Shown here: in pieces, positions 1 to 8,779 of the stretch
Layout: each line of letters begins with the position of its first letter
Position numbering within the stretch: position 1 is the stretch's first letter
Source of the DNA: a virus
Taxonomy: Duplodnaviria > Caudoviricetes
Length of the DNA stretch: 34,687 nt
IMG/VR virus record: IMGVR_UViG_3300020044_006011
Coordinates: 1-34,687 of that record
Direction: 5' to 3' (one strand)
Notes under the pieces: model-generated
Database searches by the model: none
What the model saw: only the letters and a program-made list of their open reading frames with translations
Told to the model about the DNA's origin: nothing
Made by a program: the position numbers and the translations under genes

Positions 1-1644
1 CGGAACCGGAAGCCCCGGAGGAGGAGCGCCGGGCCCCGGAGGCGGGCCCATCATCTGGTCATCCTTCTTACCAGTGTTGATGACGATGTTGATGTTAGAC
101 TTGCCCTTAGCGCGACCGCCAGACTTACGAGCGACTCGCCCGCCCTTCTTCATGCCGCCGGCCAAAGAAGGGTCAAACATAGCGCCGCCGCCGCCGGTGA
201 CGCCCATACCGGAACCAGCGCCGCCCGGCGGATAGGTGGGGGTGAGCGGGTTAGCGCCGGGCAACGGGCGATTGCCACCCATCTGCTGCCCCATGCCACC
301 CATGCCACCGCCGCCGGGTCCGCCCATGGGACGGTTCTGCATCGGATTGCCGCCACGGTTGCCCATCATGGCCCCGCCGCCAAACTTAGCGGTGCGGCCA
401 CCGGGGACAACGCCGGGAACCTTCTCAGGATAACCCGCGCCAGAAAACACCTGACCGCCGGCTTTGCGATTCATGCGCTTGGGACCGCCATGTGCTTTGG
501 TCGTGCGCGCCTCCGGCTTCACCATCTTCTTGATGAGCGCCTTGTCCATCGCCTCATCGGGGTGCTTGGCCTTGCCACCGTTCTTCAGGCCGGGCGTGAC
601 AGGGTTGTTGCCAAACTCCATGGCCTTGTTTTTAACCATTCCAAGGCGCGAGTCAGCCCCGCCCATCATCGGGCCACCGTCCATCTTTTTGGTGCGGCCA
701 CCGGATTTCTTGTCATCACGGTCGCCACGCACAGCGTTAGCAAGCATGAGAACCGGCGAGAGATACTGACCAAAAGCCCCGCCAATGGCCTTCTTCGTGC
801 GGCCCCCAGCCTTACGGTTTGCCTGAGACGCGGGAACACCAGAGAACGGGGGAAGGTCTTTTCTAGCGGCCTTCAAACCACGCTCAATCTCCGCGCTGCG
901 CTGCAATTCCGCAAGCCGGTCAATTTCTTCCTGCGGGGGACGGCGCGGGGGCACGGGAACAGTGCCGCCGCCAACTTGCTTCTTTGTGCGGCCACCCTTT
1001 TTATAGCTTCCACCAAAGCCCAAGTTGCCACTTAATTCTTTAGTGGTTTCGCGCTCAGGTTTTGTCATTTCGGGACGGCTAAACGGGCGACCCGTATAAT
1101 CAGCATCAAGTTTTTTATCCCATGCGGCCTTGTCAACAAGGTTTAGCCCAGACACTCCCATTGGAATTTTCTTAACAGCAGGACCGCCATCTTCTCTTTT
1201 GGCACGGCCACCTTTTTTCATGTTGTCTGCAAGCTGCTTGACGAAGGGCTTCGTCTCAGAAAGGGGGCGCAGGCCAAGCATGGATTGAATGTCAAAGCCA
1301 CCGCCATCTTTTTTCTTGGCGCGGCCACCCTTCTTCATGCCACCGACGTGCTTGAGGCCCTCACGCTCCTCATTCGCGTCTTTGACGTTGCGGTTGATCT
1401 TGGCGTTGGCATAGGAACGGGGCGTGACACCCATGTTCGCCTTGGCCTTAGCGCCTTCAACCTTACCCCCGGTCTTGAACGCGCGGCGGGAAATCGGGCG
1501 CAGACCCGTTTTAACATCCGCGTTCAGCGCGTCCTTGGGCGGCTCATAGCTAGACGAATCAACCTTTGCGCCGGGCTCGCCGGCAGCGATGCGCTTCGCC
1601 TTGCTCTTCATGGCCTCACGGGCCTTTTTGGCAACGTCGTACAT
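1..1644 (-). CDS. Gly/Lys/Met/Pro-rich low-complexity protein with many xxxGG repeats; putative head-internal or scaffold-like protein (partial, runs off window start)
   Basis: Absent from the ORF track. Hand-translated from ATG at 1644 (AGGA RBS upstream): MYDVAKKAREAMKSKAK..., with no stop in 548 codons. Repeats include MKKGGRAKKKDGG, YKKGGRTKKQVGG and RKAGGRTKKAIGG. Lies downstream of the portal. Function is inferred. Confidence 0.85.
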   Translation of the reverse strand, partial: MYDVAKKAREAMKSKAKRIAAGEPGAKVDSSSYEPPKDALNADVKTGLRPISRRAFKTGGKVEGAKAKANMGVTPRSYANAKINRNVKDANEEREGLKHVGGMKKGGRAKKKDGGGFDIQSMLGLRPLSETKPFVKQLADNMKKGGRAKREDGGPAVKKIPMGVSGLNLVDKAAWDKKLDADYTGRPFSRPEMTKPERETTKELSGNLGFGGSYKKGGRTKKQVGGGTVPVPPRRPPQEEIDRLAELQRSAEIERGLKAARKDLPPFSGVPASQANRKAGGRTKKAIGGAFGQYLSPVLMLANAVRGDRDDKKSGGRTKKMDGGPMMGGADSRLGMVKNKAMEFGNNPVTPGLKNGGKAKHPDEAMDKALIKKMVKPEARTTKAHGGPKRMNRKAGGQVFSGAGYPEKVPGVVPGGRTAKFGGGAMMGNRGGNPMQNRPMGGPGGGGMGGMGQQMGGNRPLPGANPLTPTYPPGGAGSGMGVTGGGGAMFDPSLAGGMKKGGRVARKSGGRAKGKSNINIVINTGKKDDQMMGPPPGPGAPPPGLPVP

Positions 1645-1656
1645 GCTTGCTCCTAG

Positions 1657-1836
1657 CTAGGTTCTGGGGCGTCCCCCATGCTGCCGAGAAGGGGGCTTGG
1701 GCAGCGGCAAGCCTTTCGTGGATTCTACCATGCAAGCGCACTTCTTGACAGTGCCACCGCTCTCCATGACCTGACGCCCCACATGCGGAAGGTAGTGGGT
1801 CGGATACTGGTCTTGCAGGAGGCGGGGCTTTTTCAT
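1657..1836 (-). CDS. 59-aa small protein with GG motifs
   Basis: Hand-translated MKKPRLLQDQYPTHYLPHVGRQVMESGGTVKK...RQHGGRPRT*. Fills the gap between its neighbours and falls below the ORF track cutoff. Confidence 0.65.
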   Translation of the reverse strand: MKKPRLLQDQYPTHYLPHVGRQVMESGGTVKKCACMVESTKGLPLPKPPSRQHGGRPRT

Positions 1837-1837
1837 G

Positions 1838-2722
1838 TCAACGCCGGCTCAGAAGGTGATGGATGATCTCCAGAGCCTTATGGATCGCGGCGTCCTTGCC
1901 GCCCGCGCCAGAGCCGACCTTGCCGCCGTCAGCGCGCCCGACAAACTCTTCCTTGTCCTTCTGAAGCTGCTGCATCGCCTTGTCGGCGCGGAAGAAGTCA
2001 CGAGGGTCCTGTGCATCGCCCCAATTCAAAACCGTCTTGGGGCGATCTTCGCCGGCCCGCATTGGCCCCTGCTGGCGCTCAATCACAGCCTGACCCGTAG
2101 ATTGATACTCCGGGCCGCTGAAGAGACGACCAAAGAAGCTCTTGGGGTCCTCACGGTTGGGAGAAGCAGCCGCCTGCGTGACTGCACGCGCGGGCGTAGC
2201 GCCCTCACGGCGATACTGAGCATCCGACTTGCCGGCAGACTTTTGAAGGTCGGCAAGCTGACGGTAAGCCGCATCGGGAAGGCCGTAGGATTCCTTGTCC
2301 ATGTACATGGGCGCACGCGCGCCTTCATACTCAGGAAGGTTGACCATTTCCTTGGCGCGGTTGACCGCAGCCATGCGGGCCATAGTGTCAGGATCGCGGT
2401 TAAGCTGGGCAAATAGAGCCTCACGATCCGGGGACATTTGCGGAGCGCCACCGCCGGGAGGGGTCGCCATACCAGCGCCCAGAGCCGTGCCGGCGGTAGC
2501 GCCAGCGGTCAGCATGGGGTTGGTGCCACCGGGGCCAGAGGCGCGAATCGCTGACATAGCGCGTTCAGCGGTTCCGGGTTCCATAAGTCGGCTAGAAGCC
2601 TGTTGAGCCGCCGGAGTTTGAAGACCAAGGGACCGCGCCAAAGCAGCCTGCGCTGATTCACTAAGGCGGGCCACGCCGGGGCCAAGCCTCTGGATCAGTT
2701 GCATCAAAACAGGGTTCATCAC
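1838..2722 (-). CDS. Hypothetical virion-associated protein (294 aa) with C-terminal RADGGKV motif
   Basis: Start overlaps the portal stop (ATGA); same operon. Confidence 0.75.
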   Translation of the reverse strand: MMNPVLMQLIQRLGPGVARLSESAQAALARSLGLQTPAAQQASSRLMEPGTAERAMSAIRASGPGGTNPMLTAGATAGTALGAGMATPPGGGAPQMSPDREALFAQLNRDPDTMARMAAVNRAKEMVNLPEYEGARAPMYMDKESYGLPDAAYRQLADLQKSAGKSDAQYRREGATPARAVTQAAASPNREDPKSFFGRLFSGPEYQSTGQAVIERQQGPMRAGEDRPKTVLNWGDAQDPRDFFRADKAMQQLQKDKEEFVGRADGGKVGSGAGGKDAAIHKALEIIHHLLSRR

Positions 2723-4986
2723 ATCAGCCCTTTCTGTTGCCGATCAGCCTCAACCTCTTCCAAAGCGGGCCGCACTAGGGGTTCAATCAAGCCGACATTC
2801 TCAGGATGCTGAAGAACGTCCTGCGCCAAGTCCATCAACTGCGTGCGCTCTTGGCTCAAGCGGTTCTGACGGTCGTTGTGCATTTCCGCCATTTTTTCTT
2901 GATCGCCGCCAAGTTCTTTCTGCAAGCGAGCCATCTCAAGCTGCCCACGCTGTTGGTCCATGGCAATCTTCGCGTCCGTTTCCTTGGCGCGGGTCTGGCT
3001 GTCCAGCATACGAGCTTCGGAACTGCGCTTGTCGTTCTCCATGTCGGCCATGGCCTTCATGAGTTCCGGCGGCGGCTTGTCCTGCGCGGACGAGGGCACC
3101 ATGAACTGTTCCGGGTTGTTCCAGCCAATGGCCTGCAACGCCGCAACGTCAACCGCAATGGGGTCGTAGAGCGACGGGCTGGCTTGTTGAAGCTGTTTCA
3201 GCGCCATGATCTTCATGAGGCGCTGGGACTGGCTGGAGGTGTTCGGGTCAGCCTGCGGAACCAGATCGCAATCATCAAGAGCCGCCATAAATGTCTTTTC
3301 ATCCCACGGATATGCAGGGCGGCGGTTCTTCTGCCAGAAGCTCTCGGGATGCTCCTTGAACTCCCTCGCCAGCAGCGCAAACTCTTCGCACTGCGCGGCG
3401 TGCATCCGTTTATGGACGGAGTTAACAACCTTCTGCGCCTGCTCAATCATGGCAAGCGTGGTGCCAACCGGCGCATCCGGCTTGCCTTCAGTCACCATCA
3501 CTTCGGAGGTGCCACCCACGCGCATACCCGTCTCTGCCATTTGGTTGACGAGATTCATGAGCGCGCCGGACGGCTCCTTGTAAGGAAGCGGCATTATGGC
3601 TTGCGTGATAGGCATACCATTTGTTTTAACAGTTGCGCCTCCACCCGGAGGAACGCGGAAGATATTCGTATTCTGGCGTGCGCCCGTGTCCGCCATAAGG
3701 AAGCCGGGAAAATTGTTGTACATGCCAGCGTCAAGTAGCTCACGCCACGCAGCAGTGATAGCGTTAGTCGTATTGCCCAGAATATGAAGAAGGCCGATGT
3801 CATAGAAGCCCATCCCCGGCACAAAGGTGTATTTGACAAAGTTCTGCCGGGCAGTCGGCAACTCTTGATCGTCCTCATCGTAATTGCGAACGATGCTCAG
3901 GATTTCTTTGGTAGAAACATCAATCGTGACACGGTACGGAATTTCAAGGCCCGTTTCCTTGCCCTTGTAGCGATGCTCAAAGCCGCGAATATCAAGCTCG
4001 CAATAGCATTCATAAAGTTCACGGTCGCGGTCGTCCGGGTTTGTCACGGAAGGAGACAATCCCTGCTGGCTCATCTGCTCACGTTGAACGCTATCAAGCT
4101 GCACCGGCTTGGGTGTTGCGAGATCAACATCACGATACACGCCAAGGATTTGGAGACGCTTTACCGTGGAAGGACGCATAGAAACGCGATGCGTGATGCG
4201 CTTGGCATTGCGCAGATCGGTGGCTGAGTTGTTGACGATCAGATCGTCAGCATCAACGCTCTCCGACACGGGCCGGTTGCGCAGCGGGCAGAAGTAAACC
4301 TTCTTGAAAGAAGACCCGCCAAAACCAAGCATGAGCAACATGCGGTCGGTGTCGGGATAATACTCAGTGGCAATGCTGGTCAAATAGTGATTGAGATCGC
4401 GCTGAAGCGCATTCGCCATCTGGTCTTGTTGCAGCGTGGCGCGAGTAGAGTCATTCCTGATCTTTACCGGGCCATCGGTGGGAAGAAGCTCTGATCGCGC
4501 GTTGGCTTGAAACCGAAGCACAGATTCAAGCAAGAGCGGATGTCGGACCTTTGACATGCCCTCGACCGGCGCGCCGTCAGACGCCCCAGCCAGACCGGGG
4601 ATTTCAATTTTAAGTCCCAAGAGCTTGATGCCTTGAGCCCGATCTTCAATCCACTCCTTGCGGCTATCCAAATCGTCTTGGATGCCTTTCATCAGGTCAG
4701 CAGAGATGCTAGAAAGCTCGGCGCTATCAATGTCATCAACCAGATTGTCAAACCAGCCGTCGCCTTCGCGCTTGCGGGCAGATTCAATCGGTCGGCCATC
4801 AAGAGAAACAGAGATAGAACCATCGGCATGTTCAATCTTCAGAACATTGCCTTCAATATCGGTCTCGGGACGGTCTTCGCCACCACTGTTGTCATACTCA
4901 ATAATTACGTCGGCCTGCTCTGGCAGGAGGGCCTCTTCAGGGCCAGCCTGACGGATGTTTGGCATAAGACCGGGCGTAAGCGGCAT
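2719..4986 (-). CDS. Portal protein
   Basis: 755 aa, downstream of terL. Segments such as HPLLLESVLRFQANARSELLP, GSSFKKVYF and GFYDIGL, plus a coiled C-terminus, resemble podovirus portals. Confidence 0.85.
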   Translation of the reverse strand: MPLTPGLMPNIRQAGPEEALLPEQADVIIEYDNSGGEDRPETDIEGNVLKIEHADGSISVSLDGRPIESARKREGDGWFDNLVDDIDSAELSSISADLMKGIQDDLDSRKEWIEDRAQGIKLLGLKIEIPGLAGASDGAPVEGMSKVRHPLLLESVLRFQANARSELLPTDGPVKIRNDSTRATLQQDQMANALQRDLNHYLTSIATEYYPDTDRMLLMLGFGGSSFKKVYFCPLRNRPVSESVDADDLIVNNSATDLRNAKRITHRVSMRPSTVKRLQILGVYRDVDLATPKPVQLDSVQREQMSQQGLSPSVTNPDDRDRELYECYCELDIRGFEHRYKGKETGLEIPYRVTIDVSTKEILSIVRNYDEDDQELPTARQNFVKYTFVPGMGFYDIGLLHILGNTTNAITAAWRELLDAGMYNNFPGFLMADTGARQNTNIFRVPPGGGATVKTNGMPITQAIMPLPYKEPSGALMNLVNQMAETGMRVGGTSEVMVTEGKPDAPVGTTLAMIEQAQKVVNSVHKRMHAAQCEEFALLAREFKEHPESFWQKNRRPAYPWDEKTFMAALDDCDLVPQADPNTSSQSQRLMKIMALKQLQQASPSLYDPIAVDVAALQAIGWNNPEQFMVPSSAQDKPPPELMKAMADMENDKRSSEARMLDSQTRAKETDAKIAMDQQRGQLEMARLQKELGGDQEKMAEMHNDRQNRLSQERTQLMDLAQDVLQHPENVGLIEPLVRPALEEVEADRQQKGLM

Positions 4987-4988
4987 GA

Positions 4989-5201
4989 CTAATCCTCTTC
5001 GGGGCCAAGCTGCTCCATCTCTTCCACGAAGCGGCGTATGCCCTCTTGGGCTGCAAGTGTATCGGATTTTGCTTGGATTTCATAGTGACGCACATAGTCG
5101 TAGGGCTCTTTGCCCCAGACCTCCACCTTAAACTTGCCCATGCTGAACACGGAAGGCGGAATTACGACATCTACGATTGCTTGGGCAAGGACCCGGCTCA
5201 T
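4989..5201 (-). CDS. Hypothetical protein
   Basis: 70-aa ORF tightly packed between terL and portal, with an AGGTG RBS. Confidence 0.7.
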   Translation of the reverse strand: MSRVLAQAIVDVVIPPSVFSMGKFKVEVWGKEPYDYVRHYEIQAKSDTLAAQEGIRRFVEEMEQLGPEED

Positions 5202-5214
5202 TTTTCACCTTAAA

Positions 5215-6915
5215 CTACGCTGGATACAGCGGTTGCCACGTATTGTTGCCTTGGAAAGTCATATTTGCCTCGGCTTCGGCTGACCATTCCGCGCCACGGA
5301 CCAGAACTCCGGTGTCACGGAGGTGCCGCATCGCCATTGAGACGGTATCAACCAAGTCATCGTGCTTTCCTTTCGGAAATTGGCCGACTTGGGCGATCAC
5401 CATTTCCGCCCATTGCTTATTTGGGGCAAAAATCATGTTTTCGGCAAACAAATGTTGAACGGAGTACAGTCTGGCGACCTTATCTTGGCCTTTTGGGTCA
5501 AACAAATGCACTCCAAACCGCTCAAAACCGTACAAACGACGGATTTCTTGGGCTACTGAGTGGCCTGCGGCCTTATTTTCAATGAGCAGCGTGTCAACTT
5601 TGAACTTCCGACAGCTATCTGACACCCGTGACACAAGGTCATGTAGCTCATAACGCCCCTGCCAAGCATACATGAGCATGACTCTGGGGTGGCTTTCGGC
5701 AAATGAACGCTCATCACCGCCCAGAACCTTGACGTTTTGGGCTACAACGTCACCTGAGAACACGCCCCAGATGGTAAGAGCGGACGGATCGTTCTCTGTT
5801 TTGGTGGTGTAGGCGGTATCCAGACAGGCGATGATGAGTTCCATGTTGGGATAGATGCTGCTGTCCCATGGTTGCCACCATTCGCGCTTGATAATGCCAC
5901 CGCCTTTGGGCTCAGGACGCTGCTGAAGCTGTCCAGCAGAAGCCCAAGGCCCAAGCTGGCGCTCAAGAACAGCGACTTCAGGCTCACCAAAGCGTTCGGG
6001 CCAGAGAAGAGCGCCTTCGCGGTCCTCTAATTCCACCTGTGCCTCTGGAGAGATGGGTATTCTTTCCCCGTCACCGGTGACTTCAATGAGGGGCGTGCCA
6101 TCGTCTGTCAGGCCACGGGGATCGTGCCAGCCGATGGAGGTATAACTGTGGCGCTGCCATTCATATCTCATTGGCAAGCAGAGGTGGGTCCACTCTCCTA
6201 CGTCTTTGGAGAGGATGTGTCCGGTGAGGTCTTGTTCTGAGAGCCTCTGCTGAATGACGATAAACGCGCCCGTTTTGGGGTCATTGAGGCGGGTGGAGAG
6301 CGCCGAATCCCACCACTCAATCGTGGACATGATGGTTGCTTCGGAGAACGCTTCTTGGGCTGCGTTAGGATCGTCAACCACGATAATTGAGCCGCCTTCG
6401 CCGGTGAGCGCAGAACCAACAGACGTGGAGAGGCGCGAACCGTTTTTGTCATTGTCAAACCTAGTCTTGGTGTTCTGGTCGCCGGTTAGCTTGAACCTGT
6501 CGCCCCAGCGGGCTTGATACCACGGGCTTTCAATCAAGCGGCGGCATTTGACGCTATCACGAAGAGAAAGCTGCTGGGCATATGAGGCATGAAGGAACTG
6601 AACGCCCGGTCCAGACGTTGGGGTAAGCCACGGCTGCGCCCAGACCCAAGCCGGGAAAGCAACGGAGGTTAGAGACGACTTGGAACACCGGGGCGGGATA
6701 TTGATGATAAGCCGGCGGATGTCGCCGTCAGCTACAGCTTGCAGATGTTCAGCTACAGCTTGAATAGGCCAACCATCGGTGAATGGCACGGAGTCTATGT
6801 GCTGCCATCCAGCTTTGAGAAACGTATAGAGATCGTCCTCACAGTCCGTGGCGTCTAGCTGAAGAAGCTGCTTGTCTATGTCAATCTTAGCGCCGTCAAT
6901 TTCCAGAAACGCCAC
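5215..6915 (-). CDS. terL: Terminase large subunit
   Basis: Walker A-like IINIPPRCSKS, Walker B IIVVDDP, coupling motif IQQR, nuclease motifs LDTAY, IENKAAG and FPKGKHDDLVD. Confidence 0.95.
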   Translation of the reverse strand: MAFLEIDGAKIDIDKQLLQLDATDCEDDLYTFLKAGWQHIDSVPFTDGWPIQAVAEHLQAVADGDIRRLIINIPPRCSKSSLTSVAFPAWVWAQPWLTPTSGPGVQFLHASYAQQLSLRDSVKCRRLIESPWYQARWGDRFKLTGDQNTKTRFDNDKNGSRLSTSVGSALTGEGGSIIVVDDPNAAQEAFSEATIMSTIEWWDSALSTRLNDPKTGAFIVIQQRLSEQDLTGHILSKDVGEWTHLCLPMRYEWQRHSYTSIGWHDPRGLTDDGTPLIEVTGDGERIPISPEAQVELEDREGALLWPERFGEPEVAVLERQLGPWASAGQLQQRPEPKGGGIIKREWWQPWDSSIYPNMELIIACLDTAYTTKTENDPSALTIWGVFSGDVVAQNVKVLGGDERSFAESHPRVMLMYAWQGRYELHDLVSRVSDSCRKFKVDTLLIENKAAGHSVAQEIRRLYGFERFGVHLFDPKGQDKVARLYSVQHLFAENMIFAPNKQWAEMVIAQVGQFPKGKHDDLVDTVSMAMRHLRDTGVLVRGAEWSAEAEANMTFQGNNTWQPLYPA

Positions 6916-6927
6916 GGCTACCCCCTG

Positions 6928-7008
6928 TCAATAATCTGACGCTACCCATAGGAACCCAACCCCCGCCAGAAGGGCGGTTAGGATGAATATAAGCTCAGGA
7001 TTTGCCAT
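6928..7008 (-). CDS. 26-aa single-pass membrane peptide
   Basis: Hand-translated MANPELIFILTALLAGVGFLWVASDY*. Overlaps the upstream ORF end and stops just before the terL RBS. Confidence 0.45.
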   Translation of the reverse strand: MANPELIFILTALLAGVGFLWVASDY

Positions 7009-7231
7009 TTGCTTGCTCTAAAGCGGCCTCCAATTCCCTGATACGGGCGGCGAACTCCCACGCCTTAGCAGAAGCAACCTCCCGGCTGTGGCGTTCTTCA
7101 GCAAGCTCACGCTCTAGCGCCTCTATGCGGAGCCGGGCTTCACGGAGCTTCGCCATAGACGCTAAATGGTTCTGATACAGCTTGCGGTTGCTTTCATTGG
7201 CTATATCTGCGCGCGTATTCATGGCGTCCAC
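6995..7231 (-). CDS. Hypothetical coiled-coil protein
   Basis: 78 aa, heptad-like RIEALERELAEE and RIRELEAALE; packed in the operon. Confidence 0.65.
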   Translation of the reverse strand: MDAMNTRADIANESNRKLYQNHLASMAKLREARLRIEALERELAEERHSREVASAKAWEFAARIRELEAALEQANGKS

Positions 7232-7437
7232 CCATCTGGAACTTGACGTATAAAATACATTAGCTTGTGCTTATTTTTTTCCGCATACCTAAAAGCATCT
7301 TCTAGGTCTTCAGTCAGTTTGGAGACTGGTTCGCCGTCATCTTCTAGGATGACAACCGTGTACATAGGCGTATCTGTTATTACCCAGTGGGCCTGTTTGT
7401 TGATCCATTCAAATATGGTTTTGTTTGTGACGGCCAT
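7219..7437 (-). CDS. Hypothetical protein
   Basis: 72 aa, AGGAG RBS upstream. Confidence 0.7.
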   Translation of the reverse strand: MAVTNKTIFEWINKQAHWVITDTPMYTVVILEDDGEPVSKLTEDLEDAFRYAEKNKHKLMYFIRQVPDGWTP

Positions 7438-7446
7438 ATCAAACTC

Positions 7447-7794
7447 CTATCTATTGACTGACTTCATGATGCAGTAGGCGTTGCCTTTCACCTCTTTGCC
7501 GTTGTCATTTCGCACGACCATGTAGCCGCGACCAGTGTCGAGGTCCACGACGAGCGTGACATTCGCCTCAGCGCCAATATGCCGGATCACGCCGAAGTCC
7601 TTACCGTTCTCCTGCACTCGGCTAGAGAACGCTTCTCGGTGCTTTCCGTCATCAAATGTGACAAAGCCTTTGCTCTGATGGATGGCGTAGAAAAACTTCT
7701 CGCCATTATCGAGCGTGCAGTCGCCTGTAGACCATGACTTGGCTTGGACTGTGACAATCATAGTAGCTGCAACCAGACTATTAACTATCACCAT
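7447..7794 (-). CDS. Hypothetical protein, possibly secreted
   Basis: 115 aa, hydrophobic N-terminus ending VQA, two Cys; GGGGA RBS. Confidence 0.65.
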   Translation of the reverse strand: MVIVNSLVAATMIVTVQAKSWSTGDCTLDNGEKFFYAIHQSKGFVTFDDGKHREAFSSRVQENGKDFGVIRHIGAEANVTLVVDLDTGRGYMVVRNDNGKEVKGNAYCIMKSVNR

Positions 7795-7861
7795 GTCATC
7801 CCCCTATATGCCAGACCCGGAAAAGGGGACCCCAAAGGGACCCCCTCGCCAAAGGGACCCA

Positions 7862-8128
7862 TCAAGGGGACCCACTACCCTCCCCCCTGTTCTTCCGGGC
7901 AGACTTACCCGCCCGAACAGCAAGGGCACGGTCCAAGGCAAAGCTCCGCTTCTCCGCAGACACACTCTGCCCGCCCTTCTTGCCAGCCCTACTGGCGAGG
8001 GCCTTATCCTTGCTAAAGCTCCTGCTCTCAGCCTTAACAGCCCTACCCCCCTTAGCCGCAATCATCCGCCTCCTCTCAGGGTCCATAGATGCAAAACCCT
8101 TCAACGCCTTCTGTCTACCCTCAGTCAT
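7862..8128 (-). CDS. KGG-repeat general stress protein (YciG/GsiB-like)
   Basis: GFASMDPERRRMIAAKGG...SFSKDKALASRAGKKGG is the characteristic KGG repeat pattern. Confidence 0.85.
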   Translation of the reverse strand: MTEGRQKALKGFASMDPERRRMIAAKGGRAVKAESRSFSKDKALASRAGKKGGQSVSAEKRSFALDRALAVRAGKSARKNRGEGSGSP

Positions 8129-8151
8129 GGTACACCCCCATAAAGGGGACC

Positions 8152-8180
8152 CTTATACTCTAGCCCGGTTGTATAGTCAA
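8152..8180 (-). promoter_or_regulatory. Sigma70-like promoter for the leftward KGG-terL-portal operon
   Basis: TTGACT-N17-TATAAG on the minus strand, 23 bp upstream of the KGG ATG. Confidence 0.55.
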
Positions 8181-8327
8181 GGCCGGTGGGGACCCAAAGG
8201 ACCCATAATGGGTAGGGGGACCCATGGCTGAGTTTTGGGGGGAATTGCGGGGAGGGGAAGAGGACCCTAAGCCACCCCGGCCTTTTTCCCACAGGGGGGT
8301 TGGGTGGTTGGTTTCAGGGGACCCTTT

Positions 8328-8525
8328 TGCGAACGCTTCTCATTTGCATCTGCCATGGCCCCGCCCATGGTTAGCTTGTCCTAAGCATTGGCAGTTGAGA
8401 ATGCTTCTCATTAGCACTTGCCATTGTCCAGCCCGCGCTAACCTTGGCCGACGCTATGGCATGACATAGCCCACGCCCACAGTTACGCTCATTGTCACGC
8501 TACATGCTATTGATAATCATTCGCA
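8328..8525. promoter_or_regulatory. Three Fur-box-like 7-1-7 imperfect palindromes
   Basis: TGCGAACGCTTCTCA (8328-8342), TGAGAATGCTTCTCA (8396-8410), TGATAATCATTCGCA (8511-8525). Confidence 0.45.
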
Positions 8526-8779
8526 ATGTGCCACGGCGTGCCACGCCCCGCCTTGACCTTGGCGCTATATAAACCCCGTGTTTTGGCATATAGGGCCGCG
8601 CTTAAGACGGGCGGGGAAAGCCCAAAATGGGCGGCCAAACCCAAAATGAGCAGAACAAAACGTGAATTCGCGCAGGATGCCACGCGCCGGGGGCGTCCGC
8701 TATGTCTGATAGGGGAAAGCGCCAAGCCAGCCAGCGGGCTTTATAGGGGCTTCTAGGGCTATGTCGGGACGTTGACAGG

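Larger units (their letters stand above)
7825..8324 (+). repeat. Cluster of ~10 co-oriented (G)GGACCC repeats
   Basis: Copies near 7826, 7837, 7854, 7867, 8146, 8189, 8199, 8217, 8262 and 8318. Confidence 0.85.

Noticed and set aside
236-4992. Long plus-strand ORFs (e.g. 490-1035, 1835-2416, 2806-3738)
   Set aside because: Antisense shadows of the GC-rich minus-strand genes, with no recognisable motifs.
6020-6140. Apparent insertion in terL as a possible intein or intron
   Set aside because: Short, in frame, and without intein splice-junction motifs; more likely a loop.
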